The translations under genes were made by a program, and so were the position numbers. Under the pieces are notes generated by a model. The model had not been told where the DNA came from and did no database searches. It worked only from the letters and a program-made list of their open reading frames with translations. A stretch of DNA of 52,477 nucleotides from a virus (Duplodnaviria; Caudoviricetes). The stretch is taken from the IMG/VR virus record IMGVR_UViG_3300033182_000988, positions 1-52,477 of that record. One strand, given 5' to 3'. Below, in pieces: positions 39,479 through 47,607 of this stretch. Positions within the stretch are counted from its first letter, which is position 1, and each line of letters begins with the position of its first letter.

Positions 39479-40089
39479 GCTACTTGCTCTTTAAGAATTG
39501 TTTTGTATTTTTCCACATCAATATTTAGAAATGGTTTATACTTTTTAATTTTCAAACTGACGGTCTCCCACACTGGGTCACTCAGTTTTGTATCAAAATC
39601 CTTAACGTAATCAAGAATCATGTCAAGGATTACCATCGTTTCAATAGACAAAGCACCCTGGAGATACTTTTTCAATATCTCAGGATGCGATTGACCTTTG
39701 ATTCTGAATAATTCTTGAAAGGTTTCTCTATGAACAAAGACTTCTACCTCTGTCTTGAACAGATCGGTAAGTCCCCGAAACCTCTTCAACCAAGAGGAGT
39801 GACTATCATTGCCAGTCTGAATGATCTCGCCAATCCATAAGCGATCAGGATCATCACACTCTATGAAATTGGCAAGAAAAAATTCTTTGATCTCATCATC
39901 TGTTTTCTTCCGAGACATTCTCTCAAAGAAATAACGATCCTTACGATTGTTATATGCTTCAACAGATGCTCTGGACTTACCAGAATATTTAAAGTAATTG
40001 TAACTTACTTTAGTAAAGTGGTTCTTGAAGGCGAGATACGTTTTGTAAACATCAATCGGTGTCATCATTAATTTGGTCAAACTCTTCAA
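39475..40089 (-). CDS. gp59: Helicase loader gp59
   Basis: YKTYLAFKNHFT...YNYFKYSGK...RKDRYFFE; T4 gene order 33-59-32. Confidence 0.9.
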   Translation of the reverse strand: MKSLTKLMMTPIDVYKTYLAFKNHFTKVSYNYFKYSGKSRASVEAYNNRKDRYFFERMSRKKTDDEIKEFFLANFIECDDPDRLWIGEIIQTGNDSHSSWLKRFRGLTDLFKTEVEVFVHRETFQELFRIKGQSHPEILKKYLQGALSIETMVILDMILDYVKDFDTKLSDPVWETVSLKIKKYKPFLNIDVEKYKTILKEQVA

Positions 40090-40240
40090 TTTGTTCTGCC
40101 ATCACTTCGTGTTCGCCTGCGACGAGATACCAGTGATGACCAGAACGTTCTCCAAGATATTTTAATTCAGAATCAATAAAGACATTTTCACGCATTGCTG
40201 CCTGAATTTTAAAATGCATCAATTCACTTTTGGAAATCAT
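40052..40240 (-). CDS. Hypothetical protein
   Basis: 62-aa ORF; start overlaps the gp33 stop. Confidence 0.6.
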   Translation of the reverse strand: MISKSELMHFKIQAAMRENVFIDSELKYLGERSGHHWYLVAGEHEVMAEQIEEFDQINDDTD

Positions 40241-40491
40241 AGCGGTAGTTTTGCTCTTGTGGTTTTCTTCAAGAAGTTCAGTTGAATTGCATCATACTTT
40301 AACTTCTCTTTCAATGGTTTTGAAATCAGTTTAGACACGGATTCCATTTCAATCTTGTTTTCTTCACAGAATGTAAGAATAGCATCAATGTAATTGAAAC
40401 CATTTTTCTTTACAAGACTTTCAATTTCCTGAGCAAATTTTGCTTGGCATAGAAATTTTTCCTTGATGAGATCTTCAACCTGATTCTCCAT
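40237..40491 (-). CDS. gp33: Late transcription coactivator gp33
   Basis: FAQEIE...YIDAI...KLISKPLKEKLKYDAIQLNFL; start set at MENQVEDL. Confidence 0.88.
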   Translation of the reverse strand: MENQVEDLIKEKFLCQAKFAQEIESLVKKNGFNYIDAILTFCEENKIEMESVSKLISKPLKEKLKYDAIQLNFLKKTTRAKLPL

Positions 40492-41161
40492 GGGTTCCTG
40501 TTTTGTAGTCAACAAATTTTCTGATGTACTCTGTGAGAAGTTTAATATAGTGACCCTTGTTACGCTTTTCATAGACGACACATTCTCCATTTTCAGCTAC
40601 CATAATAGTAATAAGTTTTTTCACTGGTATACCAGTCATTTCATAATACATGCAAGCGTATGCAGTCTCTTGCACAAAATAATTTTGAATCCATTCCTCT
40701 GGTTTTATTTTTGTTGCCGTCTTAAAGTCAATGACTGCGAGTTCGCCATCGTACTCTGCAATGCAGTCAACTCTACCTGCAAGACCAAGGTAGTCACTAT
40801 ACAGTGACTTCTCTAAAGCATGTATATTATTTATACGGTCCAAATAAGGTTTAGCCGCAAGGAGGAGAAACTTTGTTGAAGGAAGCATCTCAATCTCACT
40901 GATTGGGGTGTTCCTCATGTAGTGTTCTACACAATCATGAAACTTTGTTCCTCGGAATGTAGACTCTCTAGTGATCTTGTTTGCCTTTTCTTCACCGACT
41001 TTCTTTCTCCATTCAACGAAGACTTCACGGTTATAAAAACTTGTGACCGAAGTAATTGACGGATACATCTTCCCAGATGGGACTTTGTAAAAACGAGTCC
41101 CATCTATATTAGATGCTTCTAGATCAACTTCATCTTTCAAATAATCTAAATGAACAAACAT
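40475..41161 (-). CDS. PD-(D/E)XK exonuclease
   Basis: YPSITSV, RGTKFH, GRVDCIAEYDGELAVIDFKT and QETAY motifs. Confidence 0.85.
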   Translation of the reverse strand: MFVHLDYLKDEVDLEASNIDGTRFYKVPSGKMYPSITSVTSFYNREVFVEWRKKVGEEKANKITRESTFRGTKFHDCVEHYMRNTPISEIEMLPSTKFLLLAAKPYLDRINNIHALEKSLYSDYLGLAGRVDCIAEYDGELAVIDFKTATKIKPEEWIQNYFVQETAYACMYYEMTGIPVKKLITIMVAENGECVVYEKRNKGHYIKLLTEYIRKFVDYKTGTHGESG

Positions 41162-41922
41162 CAGATACCTAGTGCAATTTTAGTCATAATGTAATTACGG
41201 ACGAATCCAGAGCGGACAATATCATTAACATCGTACTCAACAGACTCAAAGTCTTCTGTCATCGCCATAATAATCTTTTTGAAATCAAGAATACCATTCC
41301 TTTCATTAGTCTTCACAAGGTCAGACTGTGCAGCATCACCACAAAAAATAATCTTACAGTTCTCACCAACACGAGTGATAATAGAATCAAGTTCGTGGAA
41401 GTTCAGGTTCTGCATCTCGTCAACGATAATGATACAGTTGTCCATGGTAGTGCCACGGAGGAAAGAAGTAGACCAGAAACGAATCGTCTCTTGTGCTTTC
41501 AACGCTCCGTAAAGCATTTCAAACTCTTGATCATCTGCCATCTCAAACATGTACTTGACCATGTTCTTGTATGGGATTTGATAGAGAGAAGATTTATCTT
41601 CATGGTCTCCAGGAAGAAAACCAATCTCACGAGTAGCAACTAGAGAGCGAACCACATAAACTTTTTCATATGGAGTCATTACATTCAGAACTTCTTTCAG
41701 TGCAAGGTAGAGTGCAATGAATGTCTTGCCAGTTCCTGCTGCTCCATATGCAAACAGGTTCTTACCTGCTTTGTATGCGTCAAAAAACTTCTTCTGGTTA
41801 TCGGTCAACGGTTTGATGTCAACCATTATGTCCGAATTAATCGGTTTCTTTCTCTTCATTTGTCGTGAACTCATGCTACCAATACCGCTATTGGAGTCGT
41901 TCTTTCTTTTTCCTGCAGGCAT
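41161..41922 (-). CDS. phoH: PhoH-family ATPase
   Basis: GAAGTGKT Walker A, IGFLPG, VDEMQN and GDAAQSD. Confidence 0.95.
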   Translation of the reverse strand: MPAGKRKNDSNSGIGSMSSRQMKRKKPINSDIMVDIKPLTDNQKKFFDAYKAGKNLFAYGAAGTGKTFIALYLALKEVLNVMTPYEKVYVVRSLVATREIGFLPGDHEDKSSLYQIPYKNMVKYMFEMADDQEFEMLYGALKAQETIRFWSTSFLRGTTMDNCIIIVDEMQNLNFHELDSIITRVGENCKIIFCGDAAQSDLVKTNERNGILDFKKIIMAMTEDFESVEYDVNDIVRSGFVRNYIMTKIALGI

Positions 41923-41924
41923 AC

Positions 41925-42173
41925 TTAGATTTTCTTTACTCGTGAACCAGGCATTTTGGATGCCCTATGTAAAACATCATTCCAACCAGGATTGCGGTTG
42001 ATCAGTTTATCTTTCCACTCACCGACTTCCCCAGGAGAAGGACAAGTAGAAGGATCTGACCAATCCCGAATCCAGTCTGGATTATCCTCTAACCACTGAT
42101 TCCAGTCGTGAATACTCATCACAACTTCTTTTTGCTCACCAGTGGTCTTATTCACTACGGGGTATGTTGCCAT
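41925..42173 (-). CDS. Conserved cyanophage hypothetical protein
   Basis: 82-aa ORF MATYPVVNKTTGEQKE; late motif upstream. Confidence 0.7.
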   Translation of the reverse strand: MATYPVVNKTTGEQKEVVMSIHDWNQWLEDNPDWIRDWSDPSTCPSPGEVGEWKDKLINRNPGWNDVLHRASKMPGSRVKKI

Positions 42174-42197
42174 TGTTATAAAATCAAGATAATTTAT

Positions 42198-42836
42198 TTA
42201 GACCCACTCCAGTGCTTCCGCAACTGTAGGGAATTGTTCAACAAATACTTCTTTACATGCATTTGCGATGTCCATGTGTTCCTTCTGAGTTCCATGTGCA
42301 GATCTCAGATCAATGTAGTGAATCCAGGAACGGCAAGAACCACTCATGTAGATACGAGTGGGAGTACACAGAGGAAGCACATTACGAGCACACTCTTTGG
42401 CAACACCTGCTTTAAGCATCTGTTGATACAGTGCCATAGATGAATCAAACAGAGTATTCATCTGCTTCTCCAACCTATCAATAATGAGCGGATCCAAGTC
42501 ATCAATACTGTTCTGACGATTCTTGGTGTCCTGACGACGAAGTTCTGGGAGAGGGATCGCCTTTGATAGTAGGGAACTATCAGCATAGCGTTGGGAAAAC
42601 TCTTGAAATGTGAAACTACGGTGACGCAAAATTTGGGCTGCGATAGCACGAGTAGTCTCAATCTCAAGAGTCATGAAAGACTGTTCAAACACACTCCAGT
42701 GATTGTGCTTGATGCAGTAACGCAAAAGACCTGCATAGTTTTCATTTTGCTGATTGGCAGGGTTGGAGACTCGGGCAACATATGCCATTGTCTGCTCTGC
42801 ATCAGGAGTCACACTTACAAGTTTAACAGTCATCAA
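42198..42836 (-). CDS. thyX: FAD-dependent thymidylate synthase
   Basis: QILRHRSFTFQEFSQRY ThyX motif. Confidence 0.96.
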   Translation of the reverse strand: MMTVKLVSVTPDAEQTMAYVARVSNPANQQNENYAGLLRYCIKHNHWSVFEQSFMTLEIETTRAIAAQILRHRSFTFQEFSQRYADSSLLSKAIPLPELRRQDTKNRQNSIDDLDPLIIDRLEKQMNTLFDSSMALYQQMLKAGVAKECARNVLPLCTPTRIYMSGSCRSWIHYIDLRSAHGTQKEHMDIANACKEVFVEQFPTVAEALEWV

Positions 42837-43015
42837 AAGTCCTCGTTTAAATCGCTATCTTCAAATACTTCATCATACTCATGGAGGTACGATGCTATTT
42901 GATTATAATCTGGTTTAGGTTTGTATGCATCAATATCAGAATAGATTTCTGCTTTGAGAGAATCTACCAACAATTCCAGATTCCGAATCATTAATTTTAG
43001 TTTGTCTCTGTCCAT
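42833..43015 (-). CDS. Hypothetical protein
   Basis: Start set at MDRDKLKLMIRNLELLVDSLK, downstream of the promoter at 43037-43065. Confidence 0.7.
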   Translation of the reverse strand: MDRDKLKLMIRNLELLVDSLKAEIYSDIDAYKPKPDYNQIASYLHEYDEVFEDSDLNEDF

Positions 43016-43036
43016 AAAATAGATTTCTCTCATGAC

Positions 43037-43073
43037 ATTATACACAAAAAAAGAGGGAGAGTCAATCCCCCTC
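43037..43073 (-). promoter_or_regulatory. Sigma70 promoter overlapping an intrinsic terminator
   Basis: TTGACT-N17-TATAAT; the -35 lies in the loop of GAGGGGGA...TCTCCCTC plus T-tract. Confidence 0.7.
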
Positions 43074-43217
43074 AAACTTAAATAATTTGTCAAACCATTC
43101 ATCTAGATGAATTAGGTAGCATGACCAGTAGTTACAACCTCTGTACTTTAATTGATAGCAGGCAGGTGGTCTGTTATCTTTATCCATATCATCATAATGA
43201 TACCGATAATTTTCCAT
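43062..43217 (-). CDS. Small protein, DUF4278-like (51 aa)
   Basis: Manual translation MENYRYHYDDMDKDNRPPACYQLKYRGCNYWSC...; LxYRG motif. Confidence 0.6.
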   Translation of the reverse strand: MENYRYHYDDMDKDNRPPACYQLKYRGCNYWSCYLIHLDEWFDKLFKFEGD

Positions 43218-43303
43218 TACTTGTTCAGCAATAGTACTTCCACATAAATTAAGAGAATGAAAGCAGTTGAACCAAGAACAATCCCACCAATTAGAGAAAT
43301 CAT
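43217..43303 (-). CDS. 28-aa single-TM peptide
   Basis: MISLIGGIVLGSTAFILLIYVEVLLLNK*; ATGA and TAATG overlaps with neighbours. Confidence 0.6.
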   Translation of the reverse strand: MISLIGGIVLGSTAFILLIYVEVLLLNK

Positions 43304-43425
43304 TTTTTCCTTACCTGGCAGTGTCCCGCCATACAAAGTTGAGCATTATGAAGTTTTTTGTCCTTTACTTGCTTTGCCTTAATGACAGAAAGCCAGTTGG
43401 TTTGGTGAACTTGAGGTTGTGTCAT
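43300..43425 (-). CDS. 41-aa basic peptide
   Basis: MTQPQVHQTNWLSVIKAKQVKDKKLHNAQLCMAGHCQVRKK*; ATGA overlaps and GAGG RBS. Confidence 0.6.
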   Translation of the reverse strand: MTQPQVHQTNWLSVIKAKQVKDKKLHNAQLCMAGHCQVRKK

Positions 43426-43568
43426 GATACCACCTCTACCTTCTTGGTATAAGAACCACCACGATAGTTCATGGTGAATTCTTTAACTTCGTGCTTGTGC
43501 TCAGTATGAGTATCATACTTTACACCACGATAAGAAGTGTTGGTGTTGTACAGATTTAAGATTTGCAT
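43422..43568 (-). CDS. DUF4278-like small protein (48 aa)
   Basis: Two YRG motifs (SYRGVKY, NYRGGSY); AGGAG RBS; directly downstream of the riboswitch. Confidence 0.7.
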   Translation of the reverse strand: MQILNLYNTNTSYRGVKYDTHTEHKHEVKEFTMNYRGGSYTKKVEVVS

Positions 43569-43604
43569 GTACTTACTCCTGAAATACTAAGGTTAATTAA
43601 AACC

Positions 43605-43860
43605 CGTTCCTTCAGTCGTTTGCGTCCTTGTTATCAAAACAATGAGGGTCTGTATGATCCATCCAGTGTGTGAGAATTTCAAGTTTCTCACTTGGAGTGA
43701 AGAAGTCAACCCTCGCTAGACCATTTGCTAACCAATCAAAGTCCTCACACCTAAGGTACATCTCAGGTGGGACATGACTAAAGAGAATTAGAGCAAGTGA
43801 TAACATAGGATCAACGGAACCGTTGCGCGACTTACTTGCGTCTGGTTGCCCAGATGAACG
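43605..43860 (-). ncRNA. Glutamine riboswitch (glnA / Downstream-peptide type) with large insertion
   Basis: P1 CGTTC/GAACG, P2 TCTGG-GCAA-CCAGA, CGCAAGTA, P3 AGTCG/CGACT, GAAG. Confidence 0.8.
43612..43806 (-). CDS. 64-aa hypothetical protein nested inside the riboswitch
   Basis: ATG start with hydrophobic N-terminus; its final codons KDAND* are the 3' riboswitch strand. Confidence 0.65.
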   Translation of the reverse strand: MLSLALILFSHVPPEMYLRCEDFDWLANGLARVDFFTPSEKLEILTHWMDHTDPHCFDNKDAND

Positions 43861-43867
43861 TATAGGT

Positions 43868-43896
43868 ATTATATACCTTATAATTTATATAGTCAA
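43868..43896 (-). promoter_or_regulatory. Sigma70 promoter of the riboswitch operon
   Basis: TTGACT-N17-TATAAT ending 7 nt before P1. Confidence 0.8.
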
Positions 43897-43994
43897 GTTG
43901 TTATTTTTTATACATTTACAGTATCAATAGAATACACAAATTTTCTATTGCTGACTACATCTCGTATCAAATCATCAAATAATTGTCTATTTTT

Positions 43995-44171
43995 TTACTC
44001 AACCAAATCACTAACACCTTCCATCAGTTTGGAGATGACCTTTTCGTTTCCGTCCATCTTCTTGACTTCAAAAAGAGGAGAACGCATATACTTTTTAAGT
44101 TTCTTATACTTTTTCTTTACACCTTTAATTGCATCAAGATCAATTCCGATGTTTAAGTTGTTGTCAGTCAT
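43995..44171 (-). CDS. Small Lys-rich hypothetical protein (58 aa)
   Basis: Manual translation MTDNNLNIGIDLDAIKGVKKKYKKLKKYMRSPLF...; ATGA overlap. Confidence 0.65.
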   Translation of the reverse strand: MTDNNLNIGIDLDAIKGVKKKYKKLKKYMRSPLFEVKKMDGNEKVISKLMEGVSDLVE

Positions 44172-44428
44172 TTCTTTTTCTTAGTTCCAGGGGGATTCCA
44201 TAGTTTTGGATTTGTTCTTCCTTCTGATTGTTTAAATCCAATCAGGTCTTCACGATACAAATCCCAATAGTAATCAAAGATATCTACCTTTTTAGTGCAT
44301 ATAACCAGATCCCATTTAGTTACACCATCAGAGATATACTCTACCAAGTAACTGGTACAGGGTAGAGATCTATCATTTGCGGCTTCTGGGTCGCAGTCCT
44401 TTTGTATAAATTTAATCTTAGGACTCAA
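44168..44428 (-). CDS. Conserved hypothetical protein
   Basis: 86-aa ORF overlapping both neighbours by 4 nt. Confidence 0.65.
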   Translation of the reverse strand: MSPKIKFIQKDCDPEAANDRSLPCTSYLVEYISDGVTKWDLVICTKKVDIFDYYWDLYREDLIGFKQSEGRTNPKLWNPPGTKKKK

Positions 44429-45054
44429 CTTCTACCACCCCACTGAATATCTGGATATGCTTCGGATACTACTTCCTTAGAAATACTATACCTACTTTCC
44501 AGATTCTTATCCTTAACTAGGCAAAGGATTTCAGCATCAAGTGGATGGAGTCCTTCCAGAATTTGAATGAACATCGTCTCCCTACGAAGAGACTTTAATT
44601 GATCATTACCACCCTTGATGAAATTATAAAACCTTCTCCATTCCTTTCGGATGGTAGTCTTGCCTTGTTTCAAGTCAGCAGCATTACCAAGAGATACAGT
44701 ATCAAAATAATCCATAGTACCAACCAACTGGTTGATCTTAGTACTGAGGGTTCCGTTTGAAACTTGTTCGTCTTTCAAACTAGAGTAAGGAACTTCTCCA
44801 GGGGGAAGCATAGAGATTACACTCTCATCAAAATTCCAAATGAACAATGCTTTGAGTGATTCATGCTCATACTTTTTCAGCACTTCAACTTTCTTTGCTT
44901 TTGTTCTTTGCTTTGATGCAAGAGTAAGAACTTCAAATGCAAAAGGATTTGCTGGCAGATCAAGCGTTGACTGAACAGACCGAGTAGTCTGAGTAGTTTT
45001 TCGCTTAGTCGTAGTCTTCGTCTTCGCTGTTGTCTTCGTAGTCATAGTATCCAC
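44425..45054 (-). CDS. Conserved T4-like phage hypothetical protein
   Basis: WNFDESVISMLPPGEVPY...RRETMFIQILEGLHP. Confidence 0.75.
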   Translation of the reverse strand: MDTMTTKTTAKTKTTTKRKTTQTTRSVQSTLDLPANPFAFEVLTLASKQRTKAKKVEVLKKYEHESLKALFIWNFDESVISMLPPGEVPYSSLKDEQVSNGTLSTKINQLVGTMDYFDTVSLGNAADLKQGKTTIRKEWRRFYNFIKGGNDQLKSLRRETMFIQILEGLHPLDAEILCLVKDKNLESRYSISKEVVSEAYPDIQWGGRS

Positions 45055-45077
45055 AATCTAAAATGATTATACCGTAT

Positions 45078-45671
45078 TTAGTTTATAGAGTCAAGGAGTT
45101 TATTTTTTCTTTTTCTTTCAAGTATTCTATCTCTATTTTTAGCATAATATTCTCTTTCTTTCCTTCTAACTTCTTCTCTATTTTTCTCTCTATACTCTCT
45201 TTGCTTTTCATTTATTTTATCTCTATTTTTATCAGCATATTCTTTTTGTCTCTGATTTAAAATTTCTCTTCTCTTTGCATTCCTTTCATTTGTTTTTCTA
45301 TTAAATTCTTCTCTGTTTTCTTCTCTCCATCTTTTCAATTTTTTAGCAGCGTTTATTTTATTCCTCAATAATGCATTTTCTTTTTCTTTTTTAGTTAAAT
45401 ATTTTCTTGCTCCACCTTTTCCTCCATGAACCATATTAACTAAAATTCCACCTTCACATTTTCTTCCATATAAAGCAATCAAATACTGTTCGTGTTTATA
45501 TGCTTCATCTTCTATTTCAAAGTTTTTGAGTATTAGTATTTGATTTCTATTTTTTGGTAATAAATTTTGACCATTATTTCTTATGTGTTTCCGATAAGCT
45601 CTATCTCCCGATCCCTTTCCAATATAATAGGGAGTCCTATATTCACGCAAATAAGCGTAAGTGTAATACAT
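45078..45671 (-). mobile_element. Free-standing GIY-YIG-like homing endonuclease gene
   Basis: YYTYAYLRE...PYYIGKG...R...H...EAYKHEQYLI...LVN; AT-rich; C-terminal (K/R)EYxxKNR repeats. Confidence 0.75.
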
Positions 45672-45695
45672 CTACTCTGTTGTGATTCGCAATAG

Positions 45696-45703
45696 TATTT
45701 ATA
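45696..45703 (-). promoter_or_regulatory. Late promoter TATAAATA for the endonuclease
   Basis: Exact T4 late consensus 25 nt upstream of the ATG. Confidence 0.8.
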
Positions 45704-45706
45704 CAA

Positions 45707-45730
45707 GAAAAGGTGCCGAAGCACCCTTTC
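45707..45730 (-). terminator. Intrinsic terminator with UUCG loop
   Basis: GAAAGGGTGC-TTCG-GCACCTTTTC. Confidence 0.75.
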
Positions 45731-45764
45731 ACCTGATAGTTGCGAATCACACAGGTATTACTAT

Positions 45765-45998
45765 TTATTCATCAATTTCATCATCGTACTCTTCATCATC
45801 AAAATAATCGGGATTAAATGAAACTGCCAAAACTTCATCAGGAATTACATTTCCATTTTGATCATAGAATTCTGGATGCAACTTTGGAATCTCCCTGTAG
45901 TTCATCATGTATTCTCTGGCAACCCAACCACTTATGAGTCCCACAACAAGAAAGAGAAACGTCATTAATGAAAAGATCGTTATAGTTGCAGCAGTCAT
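45765..45998 (-). CDS. Membrane hypothetical protein
   Basis: N-terminal TM segment, HPEFYDQNGNVIPDE and acidic tail. Confidence 0.7.
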   Translation of the reverse strand: MTAATITIFSLMTFLFLVVGLISGWVAREYMMNYREIPKLHPEFYDQNGNVIPDEVLAVSFNPDYFDDEEYDDEIDE

Positions 45999-46321
45999 AG
46001 TTCTTCTCCGAGAGATTTTTTCTTAATTAAAAAAGAGGCTTCAAATGAAAAGTGTATCTCTCTTCGGAAGAAGGAGACCATCTTGGCAAATTTTAAATAA
46101 AAATTGCCTCTTTGGGGTTTCGGTCTCCCTCCTAATATTAGTTCTACACCTCTATTTATTTCAAGATCAGAGGATCTTTTTTTCTTGGAGGTATCTAATT
46201 GTGTCACTACATCCTCCCAGTTTGGTTTGATCTGCAAGAACTTGGGGGAAAGTTGTACCATTTCCAAACTCATTATAGAATTCTTCTCTAGTAAAATCAT
46301 CTCCAAGTTTATATTCAACAT
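45995..46321 (-). CDS. Hypothetical protein (true start probably near 46200)
   Basis: 3' half INRGVELIL...FFRREIHF fills the gap; 5' half overlaps glutaredoxin. Confidence 0.45.
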   Translation of the reverse strand: MLNINLEMILLEKNSIMSLEMVQLSPKFLQIKPNWEDVVTQLDTSKKKRSSDLEINRGVELILGGRPKPQRGNFYLKFAKMVSFFRREIHFSFEASFLIKKKSLGEEL

Positions 46322-46403
46322 ACTCCAAGTTTAACTTTTCTAAAACTTGAACTGTCTTTGTGCAATATGGACAACCATATTTGGAATAAACTGTAAACTT
46401 CAT
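46167..46403 (-). CDS. Glutaredoxin (NrdC-like)
   Basis: CPYC, TFPQV and LGG motifs. Confidence 0.93.
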   Translation of the reverse strand: MKFTVYSKYGCPYCTKTVQVLEKLNLEYVEYKLGDDFTREEFYNEFGNGTTFPQVLADQTKLGGCSDTIRYLQEKKIL

Positions 46404-46738
46404 TTCTTTTCGTATGGGTGTGCTTGTTTGAATTCTCCTTCAGCAAAAGGTTTAGAAGGTTCAAAGGGACTACGAGAGAGGTTCTTGATTACAATGAATG
46501 CATCCTTATTGTATTTGCGGGTGCCTTTGAGTGGTGCCCACTTAGTGCCAGCACCATCAATACCATAGACTGATGTACCACCAATCTCTACGGCAACATC
46601 ATCATAACAATCCCATCCAAGTTCTGCAATAGTCTCTTTGACTTTATCATGTATTGACTTCATCACAGCAGCAGATTTACGTTTTGCAATCAACTGATCA
46701 TTCATTACTCTTTCTTCTGGTTCCAGATTTCCGTTCAT
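46400..46738 (-). CDS. Conserved hypothetical protein
   Basis: 112-aa ORF; stop overlaps the glutaredoxin start. Confidence 0.7.
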   Translation of the reverse strand: MNGNLEPEERVMNDQLIAKRKSAAVMKSIHDKVKETIAELGWDCYDDVAVEIGGTSVYGIDGAGTKWAPLKGTRKYNKDAFIVIKNLSRSPFEPSKPFAEGEFKQAHPYEKK

Positions 46739-46787
46739 AAAAAAAGGAGGATTACTCCTCCCATTATATCAGAGAATATTTTTTTAA

Positions 46788-47441
46788 TCAACCGTGAACA
46801 GAATACCAATCTTTTTGAAATTGTTCTAATCCTTTATCTGTCAGTACGTTGTTATACATTCCCCAGAAAACTTTAGAAGGAATAGTAACAACATCGGTTC
46901 CTGCCAAAGCACATTGTTCAACTTGACGAACATCACGAAGAGATGCACTCAGAATTTGAGTTGTTGTGAACTGTCCATTGCCAGTATATACCTGACGAAT
47001 GTTTTTGATAAGTTCAACACCATCAATTCCATTGTCCACCCAACGACCGACGAATGGTGAGACATATGCAGCACCTGCCTTCTCTGCCAAAATTGCTTGG
47101 GCAACAGAGAACACAAGAGTCACATTGACTTTATAATTAGTCATTGCAAGGGCAGTACATGCCTTCAGACCTTCTACAGTACATGGAACTTTAATGGCGA
47201 CATTCCAGAGTCCATTAAATTCTTGTGCTTGATCAACCATCTCTTCTGCAGTGTCAGCAACAACCTCGGCAGAGATTGATTCAAGACTTGCAAAAGAAGA
47301 GGAGATCTCTTTAATAACTTCAACAGGATCACGACCACTCTTTTTAATCAGAGTTGGATTAGTCGTGACTCCATTGATCAATCCAGTTTCATGTGCCTTT
47401 GCGATTTCGGCAACATCAGCAGTATCTAGAAAAATTTTCAT
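46788..47441 (-). CDS. talC: Transaldolase, TalC type
   Basis: MKIFLDTAD, GVTTNPTL, IKVP, NVTLVFS and YVSPFVGR. Confidence 0.95.
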   Translation of the reverse strand: MKIFLDTADVAEIAKAHETGLINGVTTNPTLIKKSGRDPVEVIKEISSSFASLESISAEVVADTAEEMVDQAQEFNGLWNVAIKVPCTVEGLKACTALAMTNYKVNVTLVFSVAQAILAEKAGAAYVSPFVGRWVDNGIDGVELIKNIRQVYTGNGQFTTTQILSASLRDVRQVEQCALAGTDVVTIPSKVFWGMYNNVLTDKGLEQFQKDWYSVHG

Positions 47442-47566
47442 TAGTTCGGAAAGTAAATCAAGGACAATGTAAACACAACAAAAATGATAACAGTAAAGAT
47501 CATCAATCCTACTCCTGCCCAAGGAACCCAGTCGGGCATAGGTTCGTAGTTGTGATTGTGAGACAT
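47441..47566 (-). CDS. 41-aa single-TM peptide coupled to talC
   Basis: MSHNHNYEPMPDWVPWAGVGLMIFTVIIFVVFTLSLIYFPN*; TAATG overlap; TTGATT-N17-TACACT upstream. Confidence 0.65.
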   Translation of the reverse strand: MSHNHNYEPMPDWVPWAGVGLMIFTVIIFVVFTLSLIYFPN

Positions 47567-47607
47567 AAGTAGTGTAACATCTACTGGACTATAAATCAAG
47601 TCCTCTA

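Noticed and set aside
40475-41161. Cas4 or CRISPR-related system
   Set aside because: No repeat-spacer array seen and no Cas4 C-terminal Cys cluster; an ordinary phage exonuclease fits
43900-43935. NtcA box upstream of the riboswitch promoter
   Set aside because: Only imperfect matches (GTA-N8-AAC, GTA-N9-TAC) in very AT-rich DNA
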